In this document: positions 10,801-23,882 of the stretch, piece after piece | Numbering within the stretch: the stretch's first letter is position 1 | How the letters are laid out: each line of letters begins with the position of its first letter | Origin: Octopus sinensis | Taxonomy: Eukaryota | NCBI RefSeq assembly: GCF_006345805.1 | Contig: NC_043006.1 | Coordinates: forward strand, 20,212,001-20,276,000 | Direction: 5' to 3' | DNA: 64,000 nt | Notes under the pieces: generated by a model | Seen by the model: the letters and a program-made list of their open reading frames with translations, nothing else | Told to the model about the DNA's origin: nothing | The model's database searches: none | Position numbers and translations under genes: made by a program

Positions 10801-11981
10801 TTGGGTCATCCCATAAGTAATGTGGTTTTTTTCAGTTGCATGAACTAAAAGTCAGGTGGGGTGGGCAGTATAAACTACCTGCATTAACTTGCTATAAGAA
10901 CAAGTAGTAGTTTTACCTTGTCTTTATTCTTATTGCAAGTTTTGAAGAGTGCAGTTCGATTTTAATTTATTTTTTTCGAAGCTATAATGAAAGTGACAAA
11001 GGAGCATATTTGGCACATTTTGCTTTATGAGTTCAATAAAGGCAACAGTACAACAGAAAGTGCGAGGAATATTAATGCAGTATGGCCGTTGCCAGCGCCG
11101 CCTTGACTGGCTTCCGTGCCGGTGGCACGTTAAAAGCTCCAACCAATCGTGGACGATGCCGGACCCCCCTGGCACCTGTGCAGGTGGCACGTAAAAAGCA
11201 CCCACTACACTCGCGGAGTGGTTGGCGTTAGGAAGGGCATCCAGCTGTAGAAACTCTGCCAGATCAGACTGGAGCCTGGTGCAGCCCCTGGCTTCCCAGA
11301 CCCCGGTCGAACCGTCCAACCCGTGCTAGCGCGGAAAACGGACGTTAAACGATGATGATGATGATGATGGGGATCAAACAATATGTGTAAGCCAGTCTCA
11401 ATTGTGGTTCCAGAAATTCTGAACTGGAAACTACAGCCTAGAAGAGGAACCTCATCCTGGAAGGTCTGTAAAGTTTGACGACGACATCCTGCAAACCCTG
11501 GTGCAACAAAATCTGTTGAAGAATAGCAGAGAAGCTTGGATTTGGTCATTCAACCAGTCATTCAAGTCAGCAGCCATCTTTCCTTTAAAGACGAAAGGTG
11601 TTCTTCCATCGGGATAATGCTCAGCCACATAAAGTGAGGACAACATTTCAAAGGCTGGAGCAGTTTGAATGGGAAACGATACCCCACCCACCATATTCGC
11701 CTGACACTTCCCCATCTGATTATCATTTATTCTGCAGCTTTCAAAATCATTTGGACAGAAAAATATGAATTCTGTAGACAGTGTCAGAACAGTAGTGGAG
11801 GAGTATTTTTTGTCATGGACAAGTGAATTTTGAGAGAGGGGCCTTGCAAATCTACCAGATAGATGGAAGAGCATTGTAGAAAATGGAGAGTATATTTTAG
11901 ATTAAAAAAGAACTTTGTTTATATTAATTTTGAAAAATAAAAGAGGTATTAAAAAAACGCATTATTTATGGGATGACCCAA
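10801..11981 (+). mobile_element. Mariner transposon relic (internally deleted) with nested RTE copy
   Basis: TA-flanked TIRs TTGGGTCATCCCATAAGTAATG / CATTATTTATGGGATGACCCAA; MKVTKEHIWHILLYEFNKG from 10987; HPPYSPDTSPSDYHLF motif at ~11688-11735. Confidence 0.92.
11084..11369 (+). mobile_element. RTE-clade LINE 3' UTR copy inside the mariner ORF
   Basis: Splits NAVY/GDQ of the transposase; array units + 3' module + (GAT)n. Confidence 0.88.
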
Positions 11982-12231
11982 TATAAAGGCTGCCAAATAA
12001 ACTGTTTTTGGCACAACTCTTTTTTCCTACTAAAATAACTTTGGAAATGAGGTCAAGTCACCCAATTTTGAGGTCAGCTTCAGGCAATATTTCAATTTGC
12101 TTCTAATGTTTCACTTTTGTCCAATATTTTATGCATGAATAGATTTCTACTTAGAGAAATATCTATAAAAATGTACACATATTGAATTAAAATAAGCCAC
12201 AACCAAAAAGATTTCACTAAAAGACATCCAT

Positions 12232-12657
12232 TTCTCTATATGCTATAAGGAAATACAGTCACTCACTCTTTCTCTCTCTCACATGCACATATACATACAA
12301 AAAAGATGTATGCATATGTATTTTGTGTATGTGTGCTTGTATGTGAGAGAGAGCGAGTGCCACTATGCCATACGTGCAAAAAAAATACACGCATCTTCAC
12401 TCACTTTCTCTCTCTCTCACACGTATGTCCATTTCATATGCATGTACATATATCTTTTGCTTTCTCCTTTCACTTCAAAGCAAATGTTGCCTTTTCACTT
12501 TCTCTTCTCTTTCAATTCCTGCTCTCTTCAATGCATAAAGAAATTTTTAAAAAATCTTACAGAAATTAATGAACAGCCATATGATCCCATATGATTGAGT
12601 TGACAACTTTGCTGTTTCAAATGAAAGAATGCCATAAAATAACTTTCTTTGGTGTGC

Positions 12658-12693
<36 letters not shown>

Positions 12694-13801
12694 CTCTCTC
12701 TTTTTCTAGGTAAAACTTCTGTACAAATTATTCCTTGCTGTGTTCACACAAAATTACAACTCAAATCCAATTGAAAATACCTTTTCCTATTCTGTAGTTT
12801 GTGTTTGTGATGAGTGTATTTAAAAACCTGATCTTCAGTATAAAGTTAAAAGGAAGTTTTCCCAGAAATCCTGTTCCCTACCTGTTTCTAGCATGTCCAA
12901 GGTGACATTTGTGCCTCCATCTGATTTTTTTTCCTAAATTCTTTCTGATTCCTATGTTTTCAATACAGGAGATTATGATTTTGCTCAAAAGACACGTTCT
13001 CGGTATTTTAATTTTCTCCCTCCTCATCCCAATTTCTTCATCTTTACTTTTTTCCTTACCTATTTTCTTGGTAATCCACAGAGTAAAAAGCAGATGAATC
13101 TTTAAGAATTTTCTTTTTTTCTTAAAGAAACACTAAAAATCTCCTTCCCAAACATCCACCTACCATCTCACCACTTTCAAAAAGCTACAAACTCCCAACG
13201 TTTCACTTTTAGCTTTTTAGAAAGCAGGGAAGTTTCTTCAGAAATAATGTTGTTTACCTGTTGTTTCTAGCATGTTGGATTTTCTGAGTACAATTCTATG
13301 CATGTGTGAAACATTGGGAGGTTTTAACTTTTTGAAAGTAGATTGGTGATGGGGTGGGCAAGGTGGGGGAAGTGTTTCTTTAAGAAAAATTAAACTTGAA
13401 AAAAAAAAAACATATTTCCCAGATTTGTAATCTCTGTATTTTTGTATATGGATAAAAAAAAAATTGAAAAAGTTACAAATTAAGAAATTGCAGTGGAGTC
13501 AGGGGGAAATAAAAATTTTGAAAACGTGGTTTCTGGGTTAAATCGTATTAACCCACTTTTATATGATGAAACCATACATAGTTTGTGATCCTTCTTAAGA
13601 AGAAAAAGCACTTTCATGCAAACCCATGCAAATTGTACCTGCCCCCCTCTCCACTTCAAACAAACAATAACTTTTATTGCACTAGTAATCCAGTTCGCTG
13701 TAAATCAGCTGTGTCAGTTCTGCCAATAAGAAAGGAACAAATAACACAATCTGGCTAGCTGTAGGTCATAACACCTTGGCAACGCCGGGATGCATTGCTA
13801 G
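12232..13801 (+). mobile_element. Probable Helitron-type element (3' end clear, 5' end uncertain)
   Basis: Ends GGCAACGCCGGGATGCATTG-CTAG followed by T, like 3392-3764; possible TCTCTATAT start near 12232. Confidence 0.4.
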
Positions 13802-15409
13802 TCATGCAATTATGTTGTAGCTTTGGGATTTTGAAGAGATAACTTAATTTTTAGCATGATTTGTAGGGTTGGCCAGTTTGGTCATTAAACAGGTAAAATA
13901 TTTTGGCCGGATATAGCCAGTTTAAACGCTAAAGGGTTAAAGTGTTTCTGTTGAAACATGACCAACTACCAAATATGGATTTTAAAATTTTGGCACAAGG
14001 CCAGAAATTTCAGTGGGGTACAAGTTGACCCACGTTCAACTGATAATTATGAAAGAATGAAGGGCAAAGCTAACCTCAGTGGAATTTGAACTCAGAACAT
14101 AAAGGCAGACACAATTTATGCATTTTGCATGGTGTGCCAATTCTGCCACCTTGCCACTTTACATCTACCAAATATTGGTTTCAAGTTTTGGCACAAGACC
14201 AGCAATTTTGGGAGAGAGGTTTAGTTGATTACATCAACTCCAGTACTCAACAGATATTTATTTTATCAATCCCGAAAGGATGAAAGAGCAAATCAACTTC
14301 AGTGGAATTTTAACCCAGACCATAAAGATGGATGAAATATCACTAAACATTTTGCCCAACGTGCTAATGATTCTGCTAGCTCACTGCCCTCTACCTGACT
14401 ATCAAATTTGACTTGACTTGTGGGAAATAGTTTTATGGCTCTTGAAACATTGGCATAACTTCCATGTAAGATCTACAAGTTGCTTCACCAAATATTTAGA
14501 TCCGTCCTTTATATTGCATTAACAGAAATAGATTGACTGGAATTTTTCCAAGGCCCTCTAAGTTTCAATTACGTGAGAGTACTGAAAGAAAAAGTTTAAA
14601 ATTTTCTCATCTTGGAGGAATTGTGTGCTAAAGAGTATATATAATTGACTTTTGTCTCTGTACATTACTGAAGAGTAACCCTTTTGATATCAGCCCACCC
14701 AAGATCACCCTCTCATTTTATGGTACAAAATTTCCTGTTTTAAAATTGTCTAAATTCAAAGTTTCCAACAAAACTTCTTGTTAATTTATGTTCTAAATAC
14801 CAGCTTAACAATAAGTTATTTACGATATTCATTTATTTCCTTCAAAATTAATTGATATGAAGGCTGGGTATTTCAACAGAAATACAGTAACAAAATGTTT
14901 AGACTGCCTCTCTAGCTATAGTGGTATCAACTGATACTTATGAAAGGCAAAGCTAATCTCATTGGAATTTGAACTCAGAATTTATGCATTTTGCACAGTG
15001 TGTCAATTCTACCACCTTGCCACTTTACATCTACCATATGGGTAGAATTGGTCAGGTGCCGGATAAAACAATTTGTGATGTCTCTTTGTATTCCAAGTTC
15101 ATCTACCCCATCAGGGATGATAATATAAGTAGCAATAATGTACTAAGGCTCAGTTCAATCAACAACTTGTAGCACTTTTACAAATCATCATTATTGTTGG
15201 TGTTTCCACTATTGTATCACCAAAGACTGGTGTCACAGTCCTGTCAACATCTATTCTCACCTACTTTTTCCAGTTGCACTTTCAAATATACTTAGGTCCT
15301 GTATAGAGAAAAAAAAAATCAGTTTTCTAATTCCAGAATATGAAAAAGTTGTGAGAGGTGTTTGAAGCTTAAATCCTTTTTTTTTTAGTTAGGTAATACT
15401 TAAGCTCTC

Positions 15410-15778
15410 GGAGGTGCAATGGCAGCAGACTCGCGGTCATAGGATCGTGGTTTCGATTCCCAGACCGAGCGTTGTGTTTATTGAGCGAAAACACCTAAAA
15501 GCTCCACGAGGCTCCGGCAGGGGATGGTGGTGATCCCTGCTGTACTCTTTCACCACAACTTTCTCTCACTCTTACTTCCTGTTTCTGTTGTACCTGTATT
15601 TCAAGGGGCCGGCCTTGTCACTCTCTGTGTCACGCTGAATATCCCCGAGAACTATGTTAAGAGTGCACGTGTCTGTGGAGTGCTCAGCCACTTACACGTT
15701 AATTTCACGAGCAGGCTGTTCCGTTGATTCGGATCAACCGGAACCCTCATCGTCGTAACCAACGGAGTGCTTCCAACC
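15410..15778 (+). mobile_element. tRNA-type SINE family C
   Basis: tRNA-like head (partly deleted), B-box-like GGTTTCGATTCCC; 12-bp TSD ACTTAAGCTCTC at 15398-15409 and 15779-15790. Confidence 0.88.
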
Positions 15779-15949
15779 ACTTAAGCTCTCATAAATAGCT
15801 GGTTGTCTACACAGCCTCCATGGCATTTAAGTACTGGGATGGTGCTGCTATATACATGCATACATTTTAGTCTACCCTTTTATTCTTCCACCAGTCACTC
15901 TTAATTTTAGTTTCAAGATATAAGCTCTCAGATGCTATAGAATGTATCA

Positions 15950-16218
15950 TTTGTGATGTTTCTGGTGTATCAGTGAGGTTTTAGGTCTTTCAACATCAGA
16001 TCCCCTCCCCAGTTAACCCATCTGGGGTTGATCAAAGTCCTAGCTTGCATTCCAGTAGCAGCAAACCACTGTTCTGTTCACTTTATCCCAAGCCCCTTAG
16101 TAGCCTTCCCTGCAGCTTCAGTGATGGAATTTATAGCCCTCCTCTTTGCTGTTTGAGTAACTCCAAGCCCAGTCAGAGCTTTGCAGAATGAATGCGCCAC
16201 AGAACCCTGGCAGCCCAC
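15950..16218 (-). mobile_element. HERO-like (restriction-enzyme-like endonuclease) LINE 3' fragment
   Basis: 16218 to 16078 translates VGCQGSVAHSFCKALTGLGVTQTAKRRAINSITEAAGKATKGLGIK*, close to the VEVGCRGF...RRAI.NI.EAAEKASRWLW tail I associate with HERO elements. Confidence 0.7.
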
Positions 16219-17612
16219 AGTATCTCTCTACTTAAACCCTACCTGAAAAAACATCATTCCCTTCTTAAAACTACAGCCTTTTTGAACTCCCTCCCAATCT
16301 GTTTTTTTTTTTGTTTTTTCACTCTCTGATCTACATATGTCCCCACTGACAGCCCAGTATTCTTGGTACATCAGTAATGGTCATGGGCACTGTCTCCCCT
16401 GTTTCTGTAAATGTGACCTTCATAAATGCTGTAGGGAGATTTGGCTATTATTTAATAGCAGGTTAGGAGGTTAATTGTAAAAGGCAAATCAATGCTATCT
16501 GGTGAACTTAGTTTGTTGGAATGATCATGTTATTCTCTTTGTACCATATACTGCTTGAATCTGTCTTGTATTAGAACACAGTACTATACATGTGGAACAG
16601 TTTACGACTCTGTATGGGGGGAATACAGCATTTCACTTGGTATATGTCATATATGATATGACACAAATTTACTCATTGATATTTATTGATATATTGGAAT
16701 TATTGATCAATCAATCCATGAAATACTACAGTTTCCAGCAGTGAAACTAGATTAACAAATGGAGAAACAACACTTGTCTGACAACTTCAGGTTGATTTCT
16801 ATTGCTTTCACACACGTGTGTGTGTGTGCACTCATTTCCTTTTCTCCCTACAAGTGATGTGTTCTCTAATGGTAACACTTGAAAATCTCTGATTACATTA
16901 AGGTTACATGAAATGTTCAGACTTTGTCACGTTATCTGACCTTATAGCAACAAAAGCCAATCTACTTCTTACTACTTCAATGCTTTATATACTCTCATTT
17001 TGCTTTTCTTTTGGAAAAACCACTGCATAGTTTTTGTGTTGCTCTAAGTAGTTTGTTGGTGTGTAACTTTACTTGGTCCTTGGTGAAGCAGTCCTGTATG
17101 GTAAACTAGTTGTTCTTACTTGCAAGTATAACTTGGTAACGTTGTATAATGCTTTCACCTGCTGTTTTAGGTGTCTGTGTATTTGTGAGCAGGCATATTC
17201 ACCCTTTCAGTTTTCCTACCCATGATTTAGCTGCCGAGCATCAAATGTGACAGATTGAGAGAGAAAAGGCTGGAGTGACTTGAAATGAAGTGCCTTGCTC
17301 AAGGACACTTTTTTTTCTGATATAGGAATCCAAATTACATCTTTATGATCTTCAACCTAATAACTATTATATGACTTAATTATAGATGGTGGTTTGTTAG
17401 ATTAGGATATTGCTACTTTATCTAATAACTAATTATTATATCAAATAACATTGCTTTTGCTGTCATTTCATTTTATTACTTAGTATTCTTTTCTCCCTTT
17501 TTTTTCTACTATGTATTATATTAGTATCTTTGGTAGTTCTTCACATTATTGTATCCCCTATATATACTGTTTGAGCTTTTATTGAAATGTTTGTTGGAAA
17601 GATGACTGAAGT

Positions 17613-17774
17613 GTGGCTGTGTGGTAAGTAGCTTGCTTACAAACCACATGGTTCCAGGTTCAGTCCCACTGCGTGGCATCTTGGGCAAGTGTCTTCAACT
17701 ATAGCCTCGGGCCAACCAAAGCCTTGTGAGTGGATTTGGTAGACGGAAACTGAAAGAAGCCCGTCGTATATATG

Positions 17775-17805
<31 letters not shown>

Positions 17806-18015
17806 GTTTGTGTGTCTGTGTTTGTCCCCCTAGCATTGCTTGACAACCGATGCTGGTGTGTTTATGTCCCGTAACTTAGCGGTTCGGCAAAAGAGACCGA
17901 TAGAATAAGTACTGGGCTTACAAAGAATAAGTGCCGGGGTCGATTTGTTCGACTAAAGGTGGTGCTCCAGCATGGCCGCAGTCAAATGACTGAAACAAGT
18001 AAAAGAGTAAAGAGT
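17613..18015 (+). mobile_element. SINE family A
   Basis: Same consensus as 9225-9627. Confidence 0.9.
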
Positions 18016-18116
18016 AATGTTAAACTGAATGCCTAAATAGTTCTATATCTTACTATCTTACCATTCCAAGTTCAAATTTTACAAGGTTTATTCTTTTTTT
18101 CTTGTTAATTTTTGAA

Positions 18117-18562
18117 TCATCATCATCGTTTAACGTCCGGTTTCCATGCTAGCATGGGTTGGACGGTTCGACCGGGGTTCTGGCAGTGTTTCTACAACTG
18201 GATGCCCTTCCTAATGCCAACCACTCCATGAGTGTAGTGGGTGCTTTTTACGTGCCAGGGGAAGCTGGCAGCGGCCACGATTGGTTGGTGCTTTTTACGT
18301 GCCACCGGCACTGGTATCACAACTACAATTTCCATTGATTTTTGATCGATTTTGATTTCAATTGCCTCAACAGGTCTTCGCAAGCAGAGTTTTGTGTCCC
18401 AAGAAGGAAAGGTATGCATAAGTGGACTGGCTACATTCCAGGTAAAGGCCACGGGTTATGGTCTCACTTGTCCTGCTGGGTCTTTTCACGCACAGCATAT
18501 TTCCAAAGGTCTCGGTCACTAGTCATTGCCTCGGTGAGACCTAAAGTTCGAAGGTCATGCTT
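18117..18562 (-). mobile_element. 5'-truncated RTE-clade LINE: ORF2 C-terminus plus 3' UTR
   Basis: 18562 to 18464 encodes KHDLRTLGLTEAMTSDRDLWKYAVREKTQQDK* (DR..W motif), continuing into the array-bearing UTR and (GAT)n tail. Confidence 0.85.
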
Positions 18563-19175
18563 AAATTCAATGTACAGATTCTCTCTTTGATACAAAGTTA
18601 ATATTGTTTCTGGTTCAAACAAGTCATTAGTATGTTTCGTTTTCAGATATTAAAAATGGTCAAAACTTTACCAATTTTCTGTCTTCTTCATTCACATTAG
18701 TTTATTTTCCAGTTTACCACCGCCACCCTTTTTTTTTTTTTTTTTTTTTTTTTTTGTTTTTGTTCACTAACTATTTGCACTGAATGTAAAACATTTCTAC
18801 AACAAAGGCGCGACTATTTTGAAAGTATTTGAAGCTAAATAGAATTCCCCTCTCAATTTACTGTTTTGTTTTAAAATGATTATCTGGCAGAGTTTGCTGT
18901 TGGTTATTGACTCTATTACAAACAGCAGTTTTTACAAAATGGCTTCAGTGATGAGGACTTTTACTGCATCATACGTACAACTATGTCTTAGTCATTAACT
19001 CATTTATCAGTGCAGAGATGAATATTTTTTAATTCTTAAGTGAAACGAGTTTATCCAAATATAAAACCTGTTGTGGTTATAGAATCCAAATAAGTAAGTT
19101 GTTTTAAGAATTATTAGTTTCATATGTTGATCTTATTGACTATGGTATAAAGTTATATACCCTCTTGTATGGTAT

Positions 19176-19559
19176 GGGGAGGTGCAATGGCCCAGTGGTT
19201 AGGGCAGCGGACTCGCGGTCATAGGATCGCGGTTTTGATTCTCAGACCGGGCGTTGTGAGTGTTTATTGAGCGAAAACACCTAAAGCTCCGTGAGGCTCC
19301 GGTAGGGGATGGTGGTGATCCCTGCTGTACTCTTTCACCACAACTTTCTCTCACTCTTACTTCCTGTTTCTGTTGTACCTGTATTTCAAGGGGCCGGCCT
19401 TGTCACTCTCTGTGTCACGCTGAATATCCCCGAGAACTACATTAAGGGTGCACATGTCTGTGGAGTGCTCAGCCACTTACATGTTAATTTCACGAGCAGG
19501 CTGTTCCATTGATTCGGATTTACCGGAACCCTCATCGTCGTAACCAATGGAGTGCTTCC
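19176..19559 (+). mobile_element. SINE family C, full length
   Basis: GGTGCAATGGCCCAGTGGTTAGGGCAGCGGACTCGCGGTC head; high identity to 15410-15778. Confidence 0.9.
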
Positions 19560-20004
19560 CCATGCTTCTCCATGTATGGTATAAAGTTATATACACTCTC
19601 CTTTAACTTCATCAATGTTTATTTTTTAATTGCTAATCTCCATCTTAGTTAATTTGATTAGTCTTTGAAATTTGATTTACCAGTACAATATCAAAAGAGG
19701 AAGTTTGCAGCAGCAGCTGTTAAAACTTTTTACTTTACTGACTAAAACTTCTTCAACCAACCTTTTTATTTTGTACATATTATTGGCCTCTTTCTCTTAT
19801 CTAAAGTTAACCAAGAAACTTTCCTATTAAGCAGTCTTCTTGTATATGTAAGATATACAGGTTACATGTTTGTGGGATATACCGTGTACGTGTTTGTGAG
19901 ATATCTTACCCTCATACATGTGAAATAGTCAGAGGTAATTTGTAACAAATATCCTTTTACAAAAATATCAAAATATCACTAATGCTTTCAATATTATTTT
20001 CCAG

Positions 20005-20083
20005 GTAAAGCAATTAAAGAAAAAAGTTGAAGAAGATAAGGGTAAAGATTATCCTGCAGCTGCCCAAAAGCTGATATATTCAG
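20005..20083 (+). CDS. RAD23: RAD23 coding exon (first one in window; UBL domain)
   Basis: ttccag acceptor, gtaggt donor; encodes VKQLKKKVEEDKGKDYPAAAQKLIYS-G, matching RAD23 UBL (human [28 protein letters not shown]). 79 nt, ends phase 1. Confidence 0.95.
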
Positions 20084-20476
20084 GTAGGTTATCCTTAGGT
20101 TTATCTGTCAACTGCAGGAAATAATTTCTAACCATACTTTGCTCTAGGTTTTCGTAGTTGCAATGGATATGTTAGTGAAAAATGGTTTTTTCACTGACTC
20201 AGCATTTTCTTCAATTTCATTTCGGTTCAAGCTATCAGCTCGTATCAGTGAAGGAGGTGAAATATTAAATTGTAAATTATTTGATGTTGGCTGTGTCACT
20301 CAGTTCCTTCATAAGAAGAAAAATTGTTTTTTACGTTGAGAATATCAACATGGCTGTGTGGTTAATAAGTTTGCTTTGCAACTACCTGCTCTTGGGTTTG
20401 ATCACAACTGCTTGGCAACTTTGATAAGTGTCTTTTACAATAGCCTTGGGTCAACCAAAATTTTGTGAAGTAAATC

Positions 20477-20773
20477 GGTGGCACGTAAAAGCACCATCCG
20501 TTCGTGTCCGTTGCCAGCATCGCCTGGCCCCGTGCCGGTGACACGTAAAAGCACCATCCGTTCGTGGCCGTTCGCCAGCTCTGTCTGGCACCTGTGCAGG
20601 TGGCACGTAAAAACACCCACTACACTCGCGGAGTGGTTGGCGTTAGGAAGGGCATCCAGCCGTAGAAACACTGCCAGATCTGACTGGGCCTGACGAAGCC
20701 TTCCAGCTTCACAGACCCCAGTTGACCCGTCCAACCCATGCTAGTATGGAAAACGGACGCTAAATGATGATGA
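20477..20773 (+). mobile_element. RTE-clade 3' UTR copy
   Basis: Three array units + 3' module + TGA tail. Confidence 0.85.
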
Positions 20774-21226
20774 AATCGAGTGAACGGAAAGTGTGTGGAA
20801 ACCATTTCTGCTCTAGGGCAGCAGACTTACATCTTTCGCCCAATTTAAAACATAGCCACCTGAAATTTTCGTCCTGATTGGGTTGAGCTTGCTTAGATTT
20901 GGATAACCCTGGTCTTCCAACCAAATGTATGTGAGTGCCTCCTTCTCTTGACATCGCATGATTGTTGCAAATGTCACAGTCACACAAGCAGTATCCTTTG
21001 TCTCCAATCTACCAAAAAATATTAACTTACTTGGAAAACAGGTGGGGATTGGTGACAGGAAAAGCATGCCTTAACAAATTCCGTCTGATCCCTGCAAGCC
21101 TAGAAAAGTATACACTAAAACGATGGTGGTCTCTGACTCACTATTTAGATGAAACTATTGATGTACTGGTTATATCAGCATGTACAGCTGTATATAGACC
21201 TTAAAATTCCTGGATAGATTGTTGAA

Positions 21227-21620
21227 TCATCATCATCATCGTTTAATGTCTGTTTTCCATGCTAGCATGGGTTGGATGGTTCGACCGGGGTCTGGGAAGC
21301 CAGGAGGCTGCATCAGGTTCCAGTCTGATCTGGCAGTGTTTCTACAGCTGGATGCCCTTCCTAACGCCAACCACTCTGTGAGTGTAGTGGGTGCTTTTTA
21401 CATGCCACCGGCACAGGGGCCAGATGAGGCTCGCAAATGGCCATGTTCGGTTTGCTTTTACGTGTCACCGACATGGACGCCAGTCAGGCGGCGCTTGCAA
21501 CTGCCACGTTCGGATGGTGCTTTTAACGTGTCACCGACACGGGTATCTTAACTTCAATTTCTATTTGATTTTCATTTTGATGTTGGTGTTAACGTACTTG
21601 ACTCAATAGGTCTCTTCAAG
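21227..21620 (-). mobile_element. RTE-clade 3' UTR copy
   Basis: (CAT)n tail, 3' module, three array units and upstream UTR spacer. Confidence 0.85.
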
Positions 21621-23882
21621 GTGAGTTATATTAAGCTGACTTTTGCTGAGTGAGTTGGTGGTTGCCGTAGTGGCTGGAGATGAGAGCAGGAGATGTTCAT
21701 GGAATAGCTGTCTTTTGTTGACAGTGAGTAATGTATTCACCAGATTCAAAGCATGGGCTGTGAATTTGGAGAATCTGTATCCTAATGACGATGACAAAAC
21801 ACCTCAGTCAGTGACTGCAGTGAATTGGCAGAGGGTTAGAGCATTGGTTAGTATATCTTGTGGCATTTGTTGACTCAGTGCTTTGAGTTCAGATGCAATT
21901 GAGATAAACTTTGCCTCTCGTCCTGCCAGGCTCGATTACAAAACATACTGATTCAGGATACTAGATTGGCAGAACTGAAAGAATGTCAAAGCAAATACAT
22001 TACATCAGCAGTTACCAACTTTTTTTTTTTTACACTAGTAACTGGTTTCAAGCAAGACAATTTTTTATGAATATGGGGATCATGCACATAACAAAACACA
22101 ATAAAGGATGTAATATATAATTTAATTATTATATATATAATGCAAATATATCCTGTAGACAACAAGAGTCCCTAACATCGAAAAAAATTTTTTTATTTAT
22201 TTCTCTTGTGCTGCCTGGTCCATTGGTCCATACTGGTCTTCAGCCCAGTGACTGGGGACTCCTGCATTACAGTAATTGCACTGGCTCTACGCATTCTGGG
22301 TTCAAATTTTGCTATGGCCTACTTGAGGGGTTTAGACCTAATCTCTCATCCAGTTTAACACTGTCGACTGGCACCTAGAGACCTTTAGTTGAGTCTATTT
22401 TGTTACAAGCATTTGGGACGTATCTCCCTCCTTTCTCAGTTTTGGCAGTTTTTCTAAAGGAACTTCAGTACTGCCTTCCTTAACTCAAAGTGGGGTGGAA
22501 GTTTGCATTTTAATAGGTTTCTGAAAGAAGGAAGAGTAAGAAATAGGTAAGTTAAATCTTTAAAGATCTGATAGAAGCTTCTCAGGCAAATAGATAATCT
22601 CTGTGTCGTACACATTGGTGACTGATGGCATTTTATGAGAGAAAGCATCACATTTTAAAAGTTAATGATCTTCAAAGATTACAGTTTATGATTATGCACT
22701 TGAAACTAATCATTTTAGTTATTTTATCTGCAGACAGTTACTTCTTTAGCTTGACATTGATGTGAGTTTCACAAACTAATTTTTGGTTTTTAGTTTCTGA
22801 TGTTGAGTGGGGGAAGCTAGCTGAGTAAAAAGAAAATTGTGATTGATGGTCTTGGAAAATAGCTTTCTAATAATTTAAACCTCAAATTTAGAACATTGCT
22901 ATCTCTCTTTGATAAATACAAAATAGAAATTGATAGGAAATAGGTGTTCCTGTTGATATAAAATGTTAATACAGGTTTAACTGCTTTGCAATCTACGTCT
23001 GAATCTTTAGCAGAGAAGTAAACAAAATTGGGTGAGAAGTTGTGTACACTAATTAGCATGTTTGTATCATGGAGAGTTTGAAACTCATTAGTCATCTGGT
23101 CAGTTTCACTTTAACGCCTTCAGCATTTAAGCCAACCATATCTAAACCAAATGTGCTACTTGTTTTATGCTCAAATTAGCCAGATTCAGCCTCTCACACC
23201 TACACTACAATGTCATTCTAGAAATAAACAACGACATCATTGACATCTCAAATCTGTGAGATAAACCATAATTAATTCAAAACTGTGTGAGTAAATAAGC
23301 ATTACATTTGACAGAGTAATCTGAATGCTAAAGGGTTAAATTTATTTTAGTCGACCGGTTGTTATCTTTCTGTGTTACTGACTGACAGACAAAGGAATTT
23401 TCTAGACTATATATTTTAGTTTAAACCTCAATCACATATAATTAGCAAGTTTAAAAGAACATGATGTGCTCTTGTTTTTATTGCTATAATAACTATTAAG
23501 AATGGATTGTTATGTTTTTCCATGCACTGGAGACTGGAATAAACTGAACTATGGTTGTTTTAACAAGGTAATTAGAAAGTCTTTGAAATAAAGGTATAAC
23601 ATGTTTTTAAAAAATGCTGTGAAGGATCACAGAAATATTATTAATGTAAGTAACTTTTGGAGAACATTTTGTTTTAATGGTGTTTCCCCCAAGCTCTGTA
23701 TCAAACATGATATACAGATGTTTGTTTTGAGAGAATCACTGCTGAAGGAAATTTCCTTGCTGTCCTACATATTCGTGGAGCCGACTAAGTCTTTCTATGT
23801 TAACTGTAATGATCTCTGCCCCGCACTTCTAATTTAAAAGGAACCTCATCTGTTGTGGGCAACTGATGAGGTTTCTTTTGTA

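Noticed and set aside
14040-15036. ~110-bp local repeat (14040-14170 and 14931-15036)
   Set aside because: Mostly degenerate SINE family B sequence with a short shared flank; too small and diverged to interpret.
19176-19255. tRNA genes (also 15410 and 60216)
   Set aside because: The tRNA-like heads run on into ~300-nt SINE bodies, lack a complete acceptor stem and terminator, and some are TSD-flanked.
1-20004. RAD23 first coding exon (expected M..TLKTLQQQTF-type peptide)
   Set aside because: No matching frame followed by a donor was found by eye; probably upstream of the window. A tBLASTn with the N-terminal 22 aa would settle it.
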